This document shows positions 19,771 to 28,768 of a DNA stretch of 64,000 bases, piece after piece (position 1 is the stretch's first letter; every line of letters begins with the position of its first letter). The translations under genes were made by a program, and so were the position numbers. A model generated the notes under the pieces. The model saw only the letters and a program-made list of their open reading frames with translations, did no database searches and had not been told where the DNA came from. This stretch comes from an uncultured Gemmatimonadales bacterium (GTDB lineage: Bacteria; Gemmatimonadota; Gemmatimonadetes; JACCXV01; JAHWKZ01): contig CAMYLR010000011.1 in assembly GCA_947259315.1 (NCBI GenBank), forward strand, positions 72,177 through 136,176, read 5' to 3'.

Positions 19771-19814
19771 CATTATCGTTCACGCTGCGCTCTAGCAGGA
19801 ATCGGAGGATCCCG

Positions 19815-20744
19815 ATGCCTACTTCACACGATGTTGAGTCGCTTGTTCCCGCAATACGTCGCGCCTCGCGCGAATTCGTGCGAGAGTTGGACTTGTTGGA
19901 TGTACCACATGATGGGTGCACGATGAGCGATTGCCACGCGTTGATCGAGCTCGGTCGTCACGGCGTGCTCACGGCGGCTCAGCTGGGGCGCCACCTCGGG
20001 CTCGAGAAGTCGACGATAAGCCGCAAACTGACTCGGCTGCAGAAGAAGGGATTCGTTCGATCGCGGCGCGATAGTGGCGATGGCCGATACAAGCGGCTGG
20101 TTCTAGCCCGTCCGGGTCGGGCGGTACTCGATCGGATCGACAAAGCCGCAGACCGGCGGGTCAGCGATGCGTTGTCCCTGTTGACCCCTGGTGAACGTGA
20201 GACGGTGCTCGAGGGCTTTCGGCTGTACGTCGACGCGCTGGCGCGATCGGGTCTTCGCGGCGCTGTGCGAACGCGGCGGATGCGTCGATCGGACAACGCC
20301 GATATCGCGTTTATCGTGCGCACGGTGATGATGGAGTTCGACCTGGCCCGTAAGGGATTCGCGTACTTCGACGCCGAGGTCGACCGCATGTACGAGCACT
20401 TTCAGGGGCGCCGCAGCGCCTACTTCGTAGCGACCGTTGGTGATCAAGTAGTCGGGGGTGCGGGGATCGCGCCGCTCAGGGCGGGACCCGATGACACGTG
20501 TGAGCTCCAGAAGATGTACTTGCTGCCGGCGGCTCGCGGCCGCGGACTGGGCAAGCAGCTGCTCGAGCGGTGCCTCAAGGCAGCGCGCGTGGCCGGTTTT
20601 CGGCAGTGTTACCTGGAGACGATGCCTCAGTTGACGACTGCGCGCGCGCTATACGAACGCGCCGGCTTCAGTGCGATCTCCGAGCGGCTGGGAGATACCG
20701 GCCACCCCAACTGTCAGAATCACTACGTCATGTCACTCGAGTAG
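19815..20744 (+). CDS. MarR-family HTH transcriptional regulator fused to a GNAT N-acetyltransferase domain
   Basis: ATG 19815 lies 5 nt after GGAGG. N-terminal winged helix (LTAAQLGRHLGLEKSTISRKLTRLQKKGFVRSRRDSGDGRYKRLVLARPG). C-terminal GNAT motif A (LLPAARGRGLGKQLLERCLKAA) and motif B (YLETMPQLTTARALYERAGF). Confidence 0.75.
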   Translation: MPTSHDVESLVPAIRRASREFVRELDLLDVPHDGCTMSDCHALIELGRHGVLTAAQLGRHLGLEKSTISRKLTRLQKKGFVRSRRDSGDGRYKRLVLARPGRAVLDRIDKAADRRVSDALSLLTPGERETVLEGFRLYVDALARSGLRGAVRTRRMRRSDNADIAFIVRTVMMEFDLARKGFAYFDAEVDRMYEHFQGRRSAYFVATVGDQVVGGAGIAPLRAGPDDTCELQKMYLLPAARGRGLGKQLLERCLKAARVAGFRQCYLETMPQLTTARALYERAGFSAISERLGDTGHPNCQNHYVMSLE

Positions 20745-20760
20745 AGCTCCCTCGCAACAC

Positions 20761-21570
20761 CTACTCAGCGACATTGGGCTCGATCGATGACACCGCCATT
20801 TCGATCTTGAACTTCCCGGAACCCGCCATCTCCCGGAGGTTCTTTAGTTGGTCGCCCATTACTCGCTCAACCATCTCCCGCTCTTGGTCAGACATGTCCT
20901 CGAGGCTTTTCTCTAGTTCTGCGAGCGATTCCTGGGCTTCCGCCATGTCGACCTCGGATGCACCGCCGGGTCCCATAATGCCATCCGCCTCGATCAGGAT
21001 GCGGAACGGGTGGTACATCCCGTTGACCTGCCGGTAATCGGTCATGAGAGCCTCGACGGACATGGGTCGAGTTGAGTCCTCAACCACCATGTTGCCTTTC
21101 ATTCGCATACGGCGCGGAAGAGAGCTCTCGGTATCGAGCGCGATCGACATCCAGGTCGGCTGGAACTCACCGTCCGACTGCATTCCGGGTCCCAGTTCGA
21201 GGCCTTCGAAGTTATCGATCGAAACGACATGGCAGGTGCGACCGTCGACTTCCTCGGTCCCGTCGTATTTCGCCCGATCGGCGATTTTGCGGAACCAGTT
21301 TTGGGGGCTTTCCCACTTTGAACTCATGGATTCGTTGACTTGCGCGGGAACGAATACTGGATGCCCGTCAACGATCTCCTTCTTCATGAGCGTCGTGCTC
21401 TCGAAGCCCATCGTCTTGGCCGTCATCCGGTAGTTGTCGGTGTTCTTGGCGCCATCTTCGTATACCTGCAGAGCTTGCTGGATGATTTGCGCGGCGTCCT
21501 GGGCTGGCGCGATGGTGGCGGTGACCATGACCGCCATGCAGACAGCAGCGAAAACATGGATGAAACGCAT
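20761..21570 (-). CDS. Secreted hypothetical protein (269 aa)
   Basis: ATG at 21570 preceded by AGGAG. Signal peptide MRFIHVFAAVCMAVMVTATIAPAQD. The N-terminal 170 codons of the track ORF are an upstream read-through extension. Confidence 0.55.
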   Translation of the reverse strand: MRFIHVFAAVCMAVMVTATIAPAQDAAQIIQQALQVYEDGAKNTDNYRMTAKTMGFESTTLMKKEIVDGHPVFVPAQVNESMSSKWESPQNWFRKIADRAKYDGTEEVDGRTCHVVSIDNFEGLELGPGMQSDGEFQPTWMSIALDTESSLPRRMRMKGNMVVEDSTRPMSVEALMTDYRQVNGMYHPFRILIEADGIMGPGGASEVDMAEAQESLAELEKSLEDMSDQEREMVERVMGDQLKNLREMAGSGKFKIEMAVSSIEPNVAE

Positions 21571-21714
21571 CGTCTCTCCTCGTGAAGTCCTTGGATTGCC
21601 CCAAAACCGGTCGGGTTCCGTGACCCGGGGCGCAGAGTTAACGTGACAGCGGTTGCCGCGGCAAGTGTGCGTATATTCCGCGTCGATCTGATGTGATACC
21701 CAAGACAGGAGGCG

Positions 21715-22683
21715 TTGTTGCGTTATCGGCGACTGGGTGATGCCGGGGTCAAAGTCTCGGCGATCAGCCTCGGATCGTGGCTCACCTACGGCGGTCGGGT
21801 CGAGGAACAGACCGCCCACTCGTGCATCGCGCGGGCCTACGATTTGGGGGTCAATTTCTTTGACACTGCGAACGTCTACGCGCACGGGGCCGCCGAGCAG
21901 GTGATGGGCCAAGCGCTGGCGGAGTATCCGCGCGACAGCTACGTGTTGGCCACAAAGGTGTACTTCCAGATGGGGGATGGTCCCAACGACCGCGGTCTGT
22001 CCCGCAAGCACGTATTCGAACAGTGCCACCATTCGCTGCGGCGCTTGGGTGTCGACTATATCGATCTGTACCAGTGCCATCGGTACGACGACGAGACGCC
22101 GCTCGAGGAAACGTGTGAGATCATGAACGATCTCATCCGGCAGGGGAAGATCTTGTACTGGGGCGTGTCCGAGTGGTCGGCCGGGCAGATCGAGGCCGCG
22201 TTCGAGGTGTGTCGAACCCTTGGATGGACTCCGCCTAGGAGCAATCAGCCGGAGTACAACGCGCTCCAGCGATCGATCGAAGCGGCCGTCTTGCCGGTTT
22301 CCGAGGAGCTCGGGATCGGAAACGTCGTCTGGTCACCGATCGCCCAAGGGGTCCTGACCGGTAAGTACGTGTCCGTGGATGAGCTGCCTTCTGGCAGCCG
22401 GGCCACCGGGGAGGCGGCGGGGTTCATGGGTCGCTACATGAACCAGGATGTGCTCGACGCCGTGCAGGCACTCAGGCCCGTGGCCGAGCGGTCGGGGTGC
22501 TCGCTGACCCAGCTCGCGCTCGCCTGGTGCCTGAGACAACCGAGGGTGTCGAGCGTGATCGTCGGCGCGACCCGAGTTGAGCACGTCGATGAGAACGTCG
22601 CCGCTGCAGATATCGATCTCGACCCGACCGCGATCGCCGAAGTGGATCAGCTGATCGGGGCGACCGCGGTGCCGAGCGTATGA
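21715..22683 (+). CDS. Aldo/keto reductase (Kv-beta-like subfamily)
   Basis: RYRRLGDAGVKVSAISLGSWLTYGG..., YDLGVNFFDTANVYAHGAAE, IDLYQCHRYD, ILYWGVSEWSAGQIEAA. AGGAGG RBS precedes the TTG start. Confidence 0.85.
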   Translation: MLRYRRLGDAGVKVSAISLGSWLTYGGRVEEQTAHSCIARAYDLGVNFFDTANVYAHGAAEQVMGQALAEYPRDSYVLATKVYFQMGDGPNDRGLSRKHVFEQCHHSLRRLGVDYIDLYQCHRYDDETPLEETCEIMNDLIRQGKILYWGVSEWSAGQIEAAFEVCRTLGWTPPRSNQPEYNALQRSIEAAVLPVSEELGIGNVVWSPIAQGVLTGKYVSVDELPSGSRATGEAAGFMGRYMNQDVLDAVQALRPVAERSGCSLTQLALAWCLRQPRVSSVIVGATRVEHVDENVAAADIDLDPTAIAEVDQLIGATAVPSV

Positions 22684-23984
22684 GACATCGGAAGCTGTCA
22701 ATAGCGGTCGCGGCGGTGACCTTCGTCGCGACACTTGCTGGGACGGTCAAGGCTCAGGAGCTCTCGCCGGTCGAGCAGGAGATCGCTGCCCATGTCGAGG
22801 GTCATGCAGCCCAAGCCGAGGCGCTTCTCGAGCAGATCGTCAACATGAACAGCGGAACGATGAACCACGATGGCATCCGAGCCGTGGGTTCCATCGTTCA
22901 ACAGCGGTTCGAAGGGCTGGGGTTCGCGACCCGCTGGATCGATATGCCGGATAGCGTAAATCGCGCCGGGCACTTATTCGCGGAGCGAATCGGTACACGC
23001 GGGCGTCGCGTGTTGCTGATCGGACATCTCGATACGGTGTTCGAACCGGGCGATCCGTTCCAGGAGCTGTCTCGCGAAGAGTCCACCGCGAGCGGACCCG
23101 GGGTGGTCGACATGAAGGGTGGGGTCGTGGCCATGGTTTACGCCCTCGCAGCGCTGGAGGCGGCGGGTGCGCTGGATGGGGCGACGATCCGTGTCGCGTT
23201 GATTGGCGATGAGGAGTTTGCCGGGCTGCCGCTGGAGCTGAGTCGCGGGGACCTGGTGGCGGCTGCTCAGGAGAGCGACGTGGCGCTCGGCTTCGAGGGC
23301 GGCGAGACCGGACGAGCGGTGGTCGCGCGCCGCGGATCGAGTGCCTGGACGCTCGAGGTCAGCGGTCAGCAGGGTCACTCGTCGCTGATCTTCGGCGAGC
23401 GATTCGGCAGCGGCGCGATCTTTGAGGCCGCGCGGATCCTGCATCGTTTTCACGACGAGGTTCGCGGACCCGAGTACCTGACGTTCAACCCCGGGATCAT
23501 CCTCGGGGGCACTGACGTCAGCTATAACGCGACCGACAATCGCGGAACGAGCTTTGGCAAGACCAACGTCATCGCCCAGCGCGTGGTTGTCGATGGCGGC
23601 CTGAGGTTCATCTCTGAAGAGCAGAAAGAAGCCGCTCGCGAGCAGATGCGCGCCATCGTGGCCGATCACCTGCCGGGCACCTCGGCCGAGGTGTTTTTCA
23701 AGGACAAGTATCCCGCGATGCCCCCAACGGAAGGCAATCAGGCGTTGCTGGCGCTGCTCGATCAAGTCAGCCGTGAGCTAGGACAGGGGCCGGTCGAAGC
23801 GTTCGATCCCGCCGAACGCGGCGCCGCCGACATCTCCTTCGTCGCTCCGTACGTCGACGGCCTGGACGGCCTGGGCCCATTCGGTTCAGGCGCCCACACG
23901 CCGGACGAGCAGCTCGATCTGGTGTCGCTCCCGGCGGTTACCAAGCGGGCGGCGCTCATGATCTATCGCTTGACACAAGAGTAG
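22680..23984 (+). CDS. Secreted M20-family metallopeptidase (carboxypeptidase G2 / ArgE / DapE-like)
   Basis: Signal peptide. M20 metal-binding blocks (LLIGHLDTVF, VVDMKGGVVAMVYAL, GDEEFAG, GSGAHTPDEQLDL). The ATGA overlap with the upstream AKR gene suggests translational coupling. Confidence 0.8.
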   Translation: MRHRKLSIAVAAVTFVATLAGTVKAQELSPVEQEIAAHVEGHAAQAEALLEQIVNMNSGTMNHDGIRAVGSIVQQRFEGLGFATRWIDMPDSVNRAGHLFAERIGTRGRRVLLIGHLDTVFEPGDPFQELSREESTASGPGVVDMKGGVVAMVYALAALEAAGALDGATIRVALIGDEEFAGLPLELSRGDLVAAAQESDVALGFEGGETGRAVVARRGSSAWTLEVSGQQGHSSLIFGERFGSGAIFEAARILHRFHDEVRGPEYLTFNPGIILGGTDVSYNATDNRGTSFGKTNVIAQRVVVDGGLRFISEEQKEAAREQMRAIVADHLPGTSAEVFFKDKYPAMPPTEGNQALLALLDQVSRELGQGPVEAFDPAERGAADISFVAPYVDGLDGLGPFGSGAHTPDEQLDLVSLPAVTKRAALMIYRLTQE

Positions 23985-23994
23985 GGGGCCGACG

Positions 23995-24665
23995 ATGAAG
24001 TGCAGTCGGGTCGCGATTAGCACGATGGTGCTGCTTCTGCTGGGCTTCGGATTGGGACGCGCACAGGGGCCGACGGGAGCCCCGATCGATCTGTCGTACC
24101 CGTTCAATGAGGAGACCGTGTACTGGCCCACCGCGTCGCCGTTTGAGCTGACCGTCGAGGCGGCGGGTCAGACAGAAGCGGGCTATTGGTACGCCGCTAA
24201 CTCTTTTCGCGCCGCTGAGCACGGTGGGACCCACCTCGATGCACCGATCCATTTCGCCGAAGGCAAGCGTACCGCGGCCGAGATCCCGCTCGACGACCTG
24301 ATGGGGCCTGGGGGAGCCGTTGGCCCGATCGATCGAGCTACTTGGGCACAGCGGAGCTCGGTCCAAGTGCGGTGGCTGATCTCCACTTTCCAGGCTTGGG
24401 TCCCGATGCGGCCACATGGTTGGTCGAAGAGCGTCGGGTGCGGGCGGTAGGGATCGATACCGCCTCGATCGACCGCGGCCAGTCGACCGAGTTCCACGCG
24501 CATCGAGTGTTGGCCGAAGCCAATGTCCCGATCTTCGAGAACGTGGCCAACCTCGACCAACTGCCACCGACCGGAGCGTGGGTTGTGGCGTTGCCAATGC
24601 AGATCGAGCGCGGCACCGGCGGTCCCCTGCGCGCCGTGGCGTTCGTACCCGACTCGGGACAGTGA
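23995..24665 (+). pseudogene. Cyclase-family (kynurenine formamidase-like, PF04199) protein disrupted by a frameshift near 24340-24370
   Basis: The N-terminal ORF 23995..24450 has a signal peptide and the HGGTHLDAPIHF motif. The C-terminal ORF 24342..24665 continues the family (...VRAVGIDTASIDRGQSTEFHAHRVL...) in another frame. Together they give ~220 aa, typical of the family. Confidence 0.55.
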
Positions 24666-24666
24666 T

Positions 24667-24915
24667 GTGAGCGATACAATCGAGCGAACGGTGGGCGGCG
24701 TGACGGTACGCATCGATCGCCTCTTGTGCGTCGGTTTTGGTGACTGCATCGACGAAGCACCGCACGCGTTTGCGTTGGACGATGAGGGGATCGCGGAGTT
24801 TGGCGAGGCAGTCAACGGCGTCGACCGGGGGCAACTTATCCGCGCCTGCGAAGCGTGTCCGGTCGATGCCCTGTCGGTGCACGACGCCGACGGCAACCCG
24901 CTGGCGGCAGAGTGA
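24667..24915 (+). CDS. Small [4Fe-4S]/[3Fe-4S] ferredoxin (Fer4_13-like, 82 aa)
   Basis: A GTG start overlaps the cyclase stop. Motifs CVGFGDCIDEAP...ACEACPVDAL are typical of single-cluster actinobacterial/thermophilic ferredoxins. The stop overlaps the Mrp start (GTGA). Confidence 0.6.
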   Translation: MSDTIERTVGGVTVRIDRLLCVGFGDCIDEAPHAFALDDEGIAEFGEAVNGVDRGQLIRACEACPVDALSVHDADGNPLAAE

Positions 24916-25817
24916 CCGAGCGGACGCGCAAGGTACGGACGTACCACGAGGTAGCTGATCCGGACTCCGAGGATATCGTCGGCCAAATCGAGGCTCAGCG
25001 CTCGAAGTTGGTTGGCCGTTTGGCGGACATCGATCGATTGGTGGTCGTGGCCAGCGGCAAGGGCGGGGTGGGAAAGAGCGCGATAACCGCCAATCTTGCG
25101 GCGTTGATAGCCGAACGCGGGCGTCGCGTCGGCGCCATCGATGGGGATCTGCACGGCCCGTCGTTGGCTGCCATGCTCGGTGCCGAGCGTACACCGTTGG
25201 TCGTCTCCGAGCACGGAGTCGAGCCAGCCGTCGGTGCGGCCGGCGTCAAGCTGATGTCGATGGACCTCGTGCTGTCGGATGGTGCGCCGCTCGAGTGGCG
25301 TCAACCCGAGGTGGCTGGATTTGTGTACCAGAGCACCCTCGACACCGGTGCGGTGCGGGAACTGCTGGCCGACGTCGTGTGGGGTGAGCTCGATTTTCTG
25401 TTGATCGATGCACCGCCGGGTACCGACAAACTGGCGCGTTTGCTGGAGCTATTACCGGTGATCGACACACTATTGTTGGTCACGACGCCATCCGAGGCGG
25501 CTCGCCGAGCGGTGGGGCGCACTGTTCGACAAGCGCACGGGACGGGGATTTCGACGATCGGGCTGGTGGCTAACATGACCGCTCACGAGTGCCCCGACTG
25601 CGGTCGGTCGGAACCGATGTTCGAGGCCGACGGCGCCGCCCGGCTGGCGACCGAAACGGGACTCGAGCTGTGGGCCGAGGTGCCGTTCGAGCCCCGCTTC
25701 GCGGTGGCTACCGACGCCGGGCGGCCGCTCGTCCTCGAAGCGCCTGAGTCGCCAGCCGCACGCGAGCTCGGTCGCCTCGCGACCAAGCTCGCGAACGCAA
25801 CGAGCGACACCGCATGA
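24912..25817 (+). CDS. apbC: Mrp/NBP35/ApbC-family Fe-S cluster carrier ATPase
   Basis: Deviant Walker A VVVASGKGGVGKSAITANLA. Conserved CPxC cluster-bridging motif (HECPDCG). No N-terminal DUF59. The GTG start overlaps the ferredoxin stop. Confidence 0.8.
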   Translation: MTERTRKVRTYHEVADPDSEDIVGQIEAQRSKLVGRLADIDRLVVVASGKGGVGKSAITANLAALIAERGRRVGAIDGDLHGPSLAAMLGAERTPLVVSEHGVEPAVGAAGVKLMSMDLVLSDGAPLEWRQPEVAGFVYQSTLDTGAVRELLADVVWGELDFLLIDAPPGTDKLARLLELLPVIDTLLLVTTPSEAARRAVGRTVRQAHGTGISTIGLVANMTAHECPDCGRSEPMFEADGAARLATETGLELWAEVPFEPRFAVATDAGRPLVLEAPESPAARELGRLATKLANATSDTA

Positions 25818-26254
25818 AGTTCCTGTGTATCGACTGCGATGAGGTAATGACGTTCGCCGAACGCGAGCTACCCGGCGACGGCACGTTGGCGGCGGTGTTC
25901 GAGTGTCCTGATTGTGGGCGCGAGATGGCGATGCTCACGAACCCGATGGAGACCAAGCTGGTGAGCGGGCTCGGGATCCAGGTCGGAGGCCGCACCGTCC
26001 CCGATCAGCCGCTGGAGCTGGTGCGATCATCGGTGACCACCGGCGACGAGCAAGCGTTCGCCGATTTGCCATTAACGGCCGGAACGGTGCGCTGGAGTGA
26101 AGCCGCTGCTGAGCGACTCCAAGGCGTCCCGGGATTCGTGCGCGGCATGGTGAAGAAGATCTACGGCGAGTACGCCGTCGAACGGGGGATCGAGGAGATC
26201 ACTCCCGAGATCATGGACCGCGCCCGGCAAGATCTCGGGCTCGAGGGGATGTAG
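25814..26254 (+). CDS. Zn-ribbon protein with a C-terminal PCP_red (BchB/ChlB C-terminal-like) domain
   Basis: N-terminal CxxC...CxxC (CIDCDEVM...CPDCGREM). The C-terminal block WSEAAAERLQGVPGFVRGMVKKIYGEYAVERGIEEITPEIMDRAR closely resembles the BchB C-terminal domain (W-T-x-x-A-x-x-x-L-x-x-IP-x-FVRG-K-V-R). ATGA overlap with mrp. Confidence 0.55.
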   Translation: MKFLCIDCDEVMTFAERELPGDGTLAAVFECPDCGREMAMLTNPMETKLVSGLGIQVGGRTVPDQPLELVRSSVTTGDEQAFADLPLTAGTVRWSEAAAERLQGVPGFVRGMVKKIYGEYAVERGIEEITPEIMDRARQDLGLEGM

Positions 26255-26256
26255 CG

Positions 26257-26643
26257 ATGCTGCGGCGGGCCGAGCACGAGCCACACCGGGCTCACAAGTT
26301 CCGTCAGGCGGCGATCGCCTACCTCCACTACGCGGTGCTCTACGAGCTCGGTGTTTACGCGCTCTACGAGCAGGAGATGTTTCCCGCCAGCCGCGGCTCG
26401 CCGACGGTGTGGCTGGTTTTTGGCGTGGTCATCACCGGTCTCGTCGTATGGGGTCTGTGGTGGTGGCAGAACCGGTGGTTCGCGCGCGTCGTGTGGGTGG
26501 TGATGTCGTTGCGGCTCCCGGCGCTCATGGCGGGCGCCTTTTTGGGGACCGCGACCACCGTTGCTCCGGGTTTCTACCTCGCCGGCGGTATCGTCGTAAT
26601 CGCTGCGATGTGGATGATCGCTCGGGCAGCCTGGGACGTGTGA
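26257..26643 (+). CDS. Small membrane protein (3-4 TM)
   Basis: Hydrophobic segments with a W-rich loop (WGLWWWQNRWF). Lies immediately downstream of the PCP_red protein. Confidence 0.4.
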   Translation: MLRRAEHEPHRAHKFRQAAIAYLHYAVLYELGVYALYEQEMFPASRGSPTVWLVFGVVITGLVVWGLWWWQNRWFARVVWVVMSLRLPALMAGAFLGTATTVAPGFYLAGGIVVIAAMWMIARAAWDV

Positions 26644-26658
26644 GCCCGGGCCGCCGGA

Positions 26659-26687
26659 TTGACACTACCCCCAGCCGTCAGTATATA
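26659..26687 (+). promoter_or_regulatory. Sigma70-like promoter: TTGACA, 17-nt spacer, TATATA
   Basis: ttGACActacccccagccgtcagTATATAagg lies ~55 nt upstream of the usp-PCP_red start, in the only sizeable intergenic gap of the 24.6-39.7 kb co-directional cluster. Confidence 0.45.
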
Positions 26688-26740
26688 AGGCGCCAACATC
26701 GCCGAAGGGTTTACGCCCCGCCGCTCTAGTCCCGGACGGC

Positions 26741-28768
26741 ATGTACCACGAGATACTGGTTCCAGTAGACAATTCAGAGCACTCTGATTGGGCGGTCGAT
26801 CGTGCCATCGAGATCACCGGTCAATCCGGCGGCCGGATCACCGGTAACCACGTCTACGCCGCTCGCCTTCACGATGTTCGCTTCCGACAGCTCGAGACGG
26901 GACTTCCGGCTCAATTCCAGACACCCGAAGAGATCAAGCGACAGCGCAAGGTTCACGACAAGCTGATCGAGAAGGGCCTGCAGCTGATCAGCGATAGCTT
27001 TCTCGATCAGGTCGAGAAGCGGTGCCACGAGGCGGGCGTCGACCTCACGCGGCAGCTGCTCGAGGGGATCCACTACGAGGAGCTGATCCGCGAGGCCAAT
27101 CAAGGGGTGGGACGTCTGCCTTCGCTTATCGGGTTCGACCCCAACATCGCCGACAAGTACGACGGCGGTGACGCCGTTCGTTCCGACGTGCGCCTGGGCG
27201 CCGACGGTCGGATCGAGGCCGAGGAGGAGTCACTCGAGGAGAAGCTTGCGGGCACCTCGGAGCGGGCCTACGACCTGGTGGCGATCGGCGCCCACGGGCT
27301 CGGCCGGCAGCAGTTCAGCCAGCTCGGTGGGGTCGTCGCACGGGCGATCCGCGGCATAGAAAAGGACATCCTGATCGTCCGTGACGAGCGACCGATTCGC
27401 GACGGCAAGTACATGGTGTGCGTCGACGGCTCAGCCTACAGCTACAAGGCGATGCGTCACGCGCTCGAGCTGGCACAGATGTTCGGCGGCAAGTTGTTCG
27501 TTTGCAGCGCGTTCGACGTTGAGTACCACCACGTCGTCTTCCACAACATCAAGGATGTCTTGTCCGTACAGGCATCGAAGGTGTTCAAGTTCGAGGAGCA
27601 GGAAGAGCTCCACAACAACATCATCGACAAGGGGTTGCTCAAGCTCTGCCAAGCGAACATCAAGCGCGCCCAGGTCATGGCCGAGGAGTACCCGGACGTA
27701 GAGGTCGAAACCCAGATCCTGATCGGCAAGCCATTCCAGGTCGTGCTTCAGTGGGCCGAAGAGATCGAGCCGTCGCTGTTGATCTTCGCCCGCCACGGCA
27801 GCCATCGGATCGAGGGCACCGAATTGGGTTCGCAGGCCGAGAACTTGGCCCGCCTGGCACCTACCAACGTGCTGCTGATCGGCACCACCGAAGTTCATCC
27901 GGAAGAGATTCCGTGGATCGAAGAAGATGGGGAAACCGGTCTCGAATGGGCTCCCGAAGCGGAAGTCCGGATCCTTCGGGTACCGCCGTTCGCGCTCGGC
28001 ATCGCCCGCAAGGCGGTCGAGGAGTACGTGATCGAACGGTACGCTTCCAACGGCAACGGCTCGGGCGCGTTGCCGATAGTGACCAACGCGCGGCTCGATG
28101 AAGCGATCCAGAAACTGCTTCCCACGCACATGCAGCTCATCATGGGGATCGGCACCGCCGAAGAGCTGGCGCTAGCCGAGGTCAAGGCGGAAGAAGCGAT
28201 GAAGCGCACGGTGGTGGAAGGGCACGACGACGTTCCCGTGCCCGAGACGCGGATCGTGGAGGCCAAGTGCCCCTACACCGGCCACGTCGAACAACGACCG
28301 TGGACAGCTAGCGATCCGGTCGTTTGGACGCACGAGGCGCGGCAACGTCTCGAGCTCGTTCCGCTCATCGCGCGCCCATTGGCCCGCAACACCGTTGAGC
28401 GCTTTGCCCGCGATCACGGATGGTGGCGCATCACGACGCCGGTCATGGACGAGAACAAGCAGGCGATGATCGAGGCCGACGAGTTCGATCTCGATACGAT
28501 GCTCGTCATGTTCAAGGAGCTGCAGACGAAACAGATCAAAGCCGCGGCCGAAGGAGTCGACGGACTGACACCTGAGATGCGCAAGTTCATCGACGAGGCT
28601 AAGGAGGCCGGGGTCACGCGCTGTCCGATACGGGATATCGAGGCCGCTGCGGACAAGTGCCCGGTGGACTTCAAGACCGCTACCCCGGCCGAGGCCAAAG
28701 CGGCGATCGAGGCGGTCATGAAGGAGCAGAAGAGCGACGCCAACGGTGACGACCGGGACGAAGCTTGA
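26741..28768 (+). CDS. Tandem universal stress protein (UspA) domains fused to two PCP_red-like domains and a C-terminal Cys pair
   Basis: Usp starts (MYHEILVPVDNSEHSDWAVDRA, and YMVCVDGSAYSYKAMRHALELA with ...LLIFARHGSH...GS.AENLARLAPTNVLLIGT). Then two BchB-C-term-like blocks (WAPEAEVRILRVPPFALGIARKAVEEYVIERYAS and WTHEARQRLELVPLIARPLARNTVERFARDHGW). C-terminus ...TRCPIRDIEAAADKCPVDF. Confidence 0.6.
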   Translation: MYHEILVPVDNSEHSDWAVDRAIEITGQSGGRITGNHVYAARLHDVRFRQLETGLPAQFQTPEEIKRQRKVHDKLIEKGLQLISDSFLDQVEKRCHEAGVDLTRQLLEGIHYEELIREANQGVGRLPSLIGFDPNIADKYDGGDAVRSDVRLGADGRIEAEEESLEEKLAGTSERAYDLVAIGAHGLGRQQFSQLGGVVARAIRGIEKDILIVRDERPIRDGKYMVCVDGSAYSYKAMRHALELAQMFGGKLFVCSAFDVEYHHVVFHNIKDVLSVQASKVFKFEEQEELHNNIIDKGLLKLCQANIKRAQVMAEEYPDVEVETQILIGKPFQVVLQWAEEIEPSLLIFARHGSHRIEGTELGSQAENLARLAPTNVLLIGTTEVHPEEIPWIEEDGETGLEWAPEAEVRILRVPPFALGIARKAVEEYVIERYASNGNGSGALPIVTNARLDEAIQKLLPTHMQLIMGIGTAEELALAEVKAEEAMKRTVVEGHDDVPVPETRIVEAKCPYTGHVEQRPWTASDPVVWTHEARQRLELVPLIARPLARNTVERFARDHGWWRITTPVMDENKQAMIEADEFDLDTMLVMFKELQTKQIKAAAEGVDGLTPEMRKFIDEAKEAGVTRCPIRDIEAAADKCPVDFKTATPAEAKAAIEAVMKEQKSDANGDDRDEA

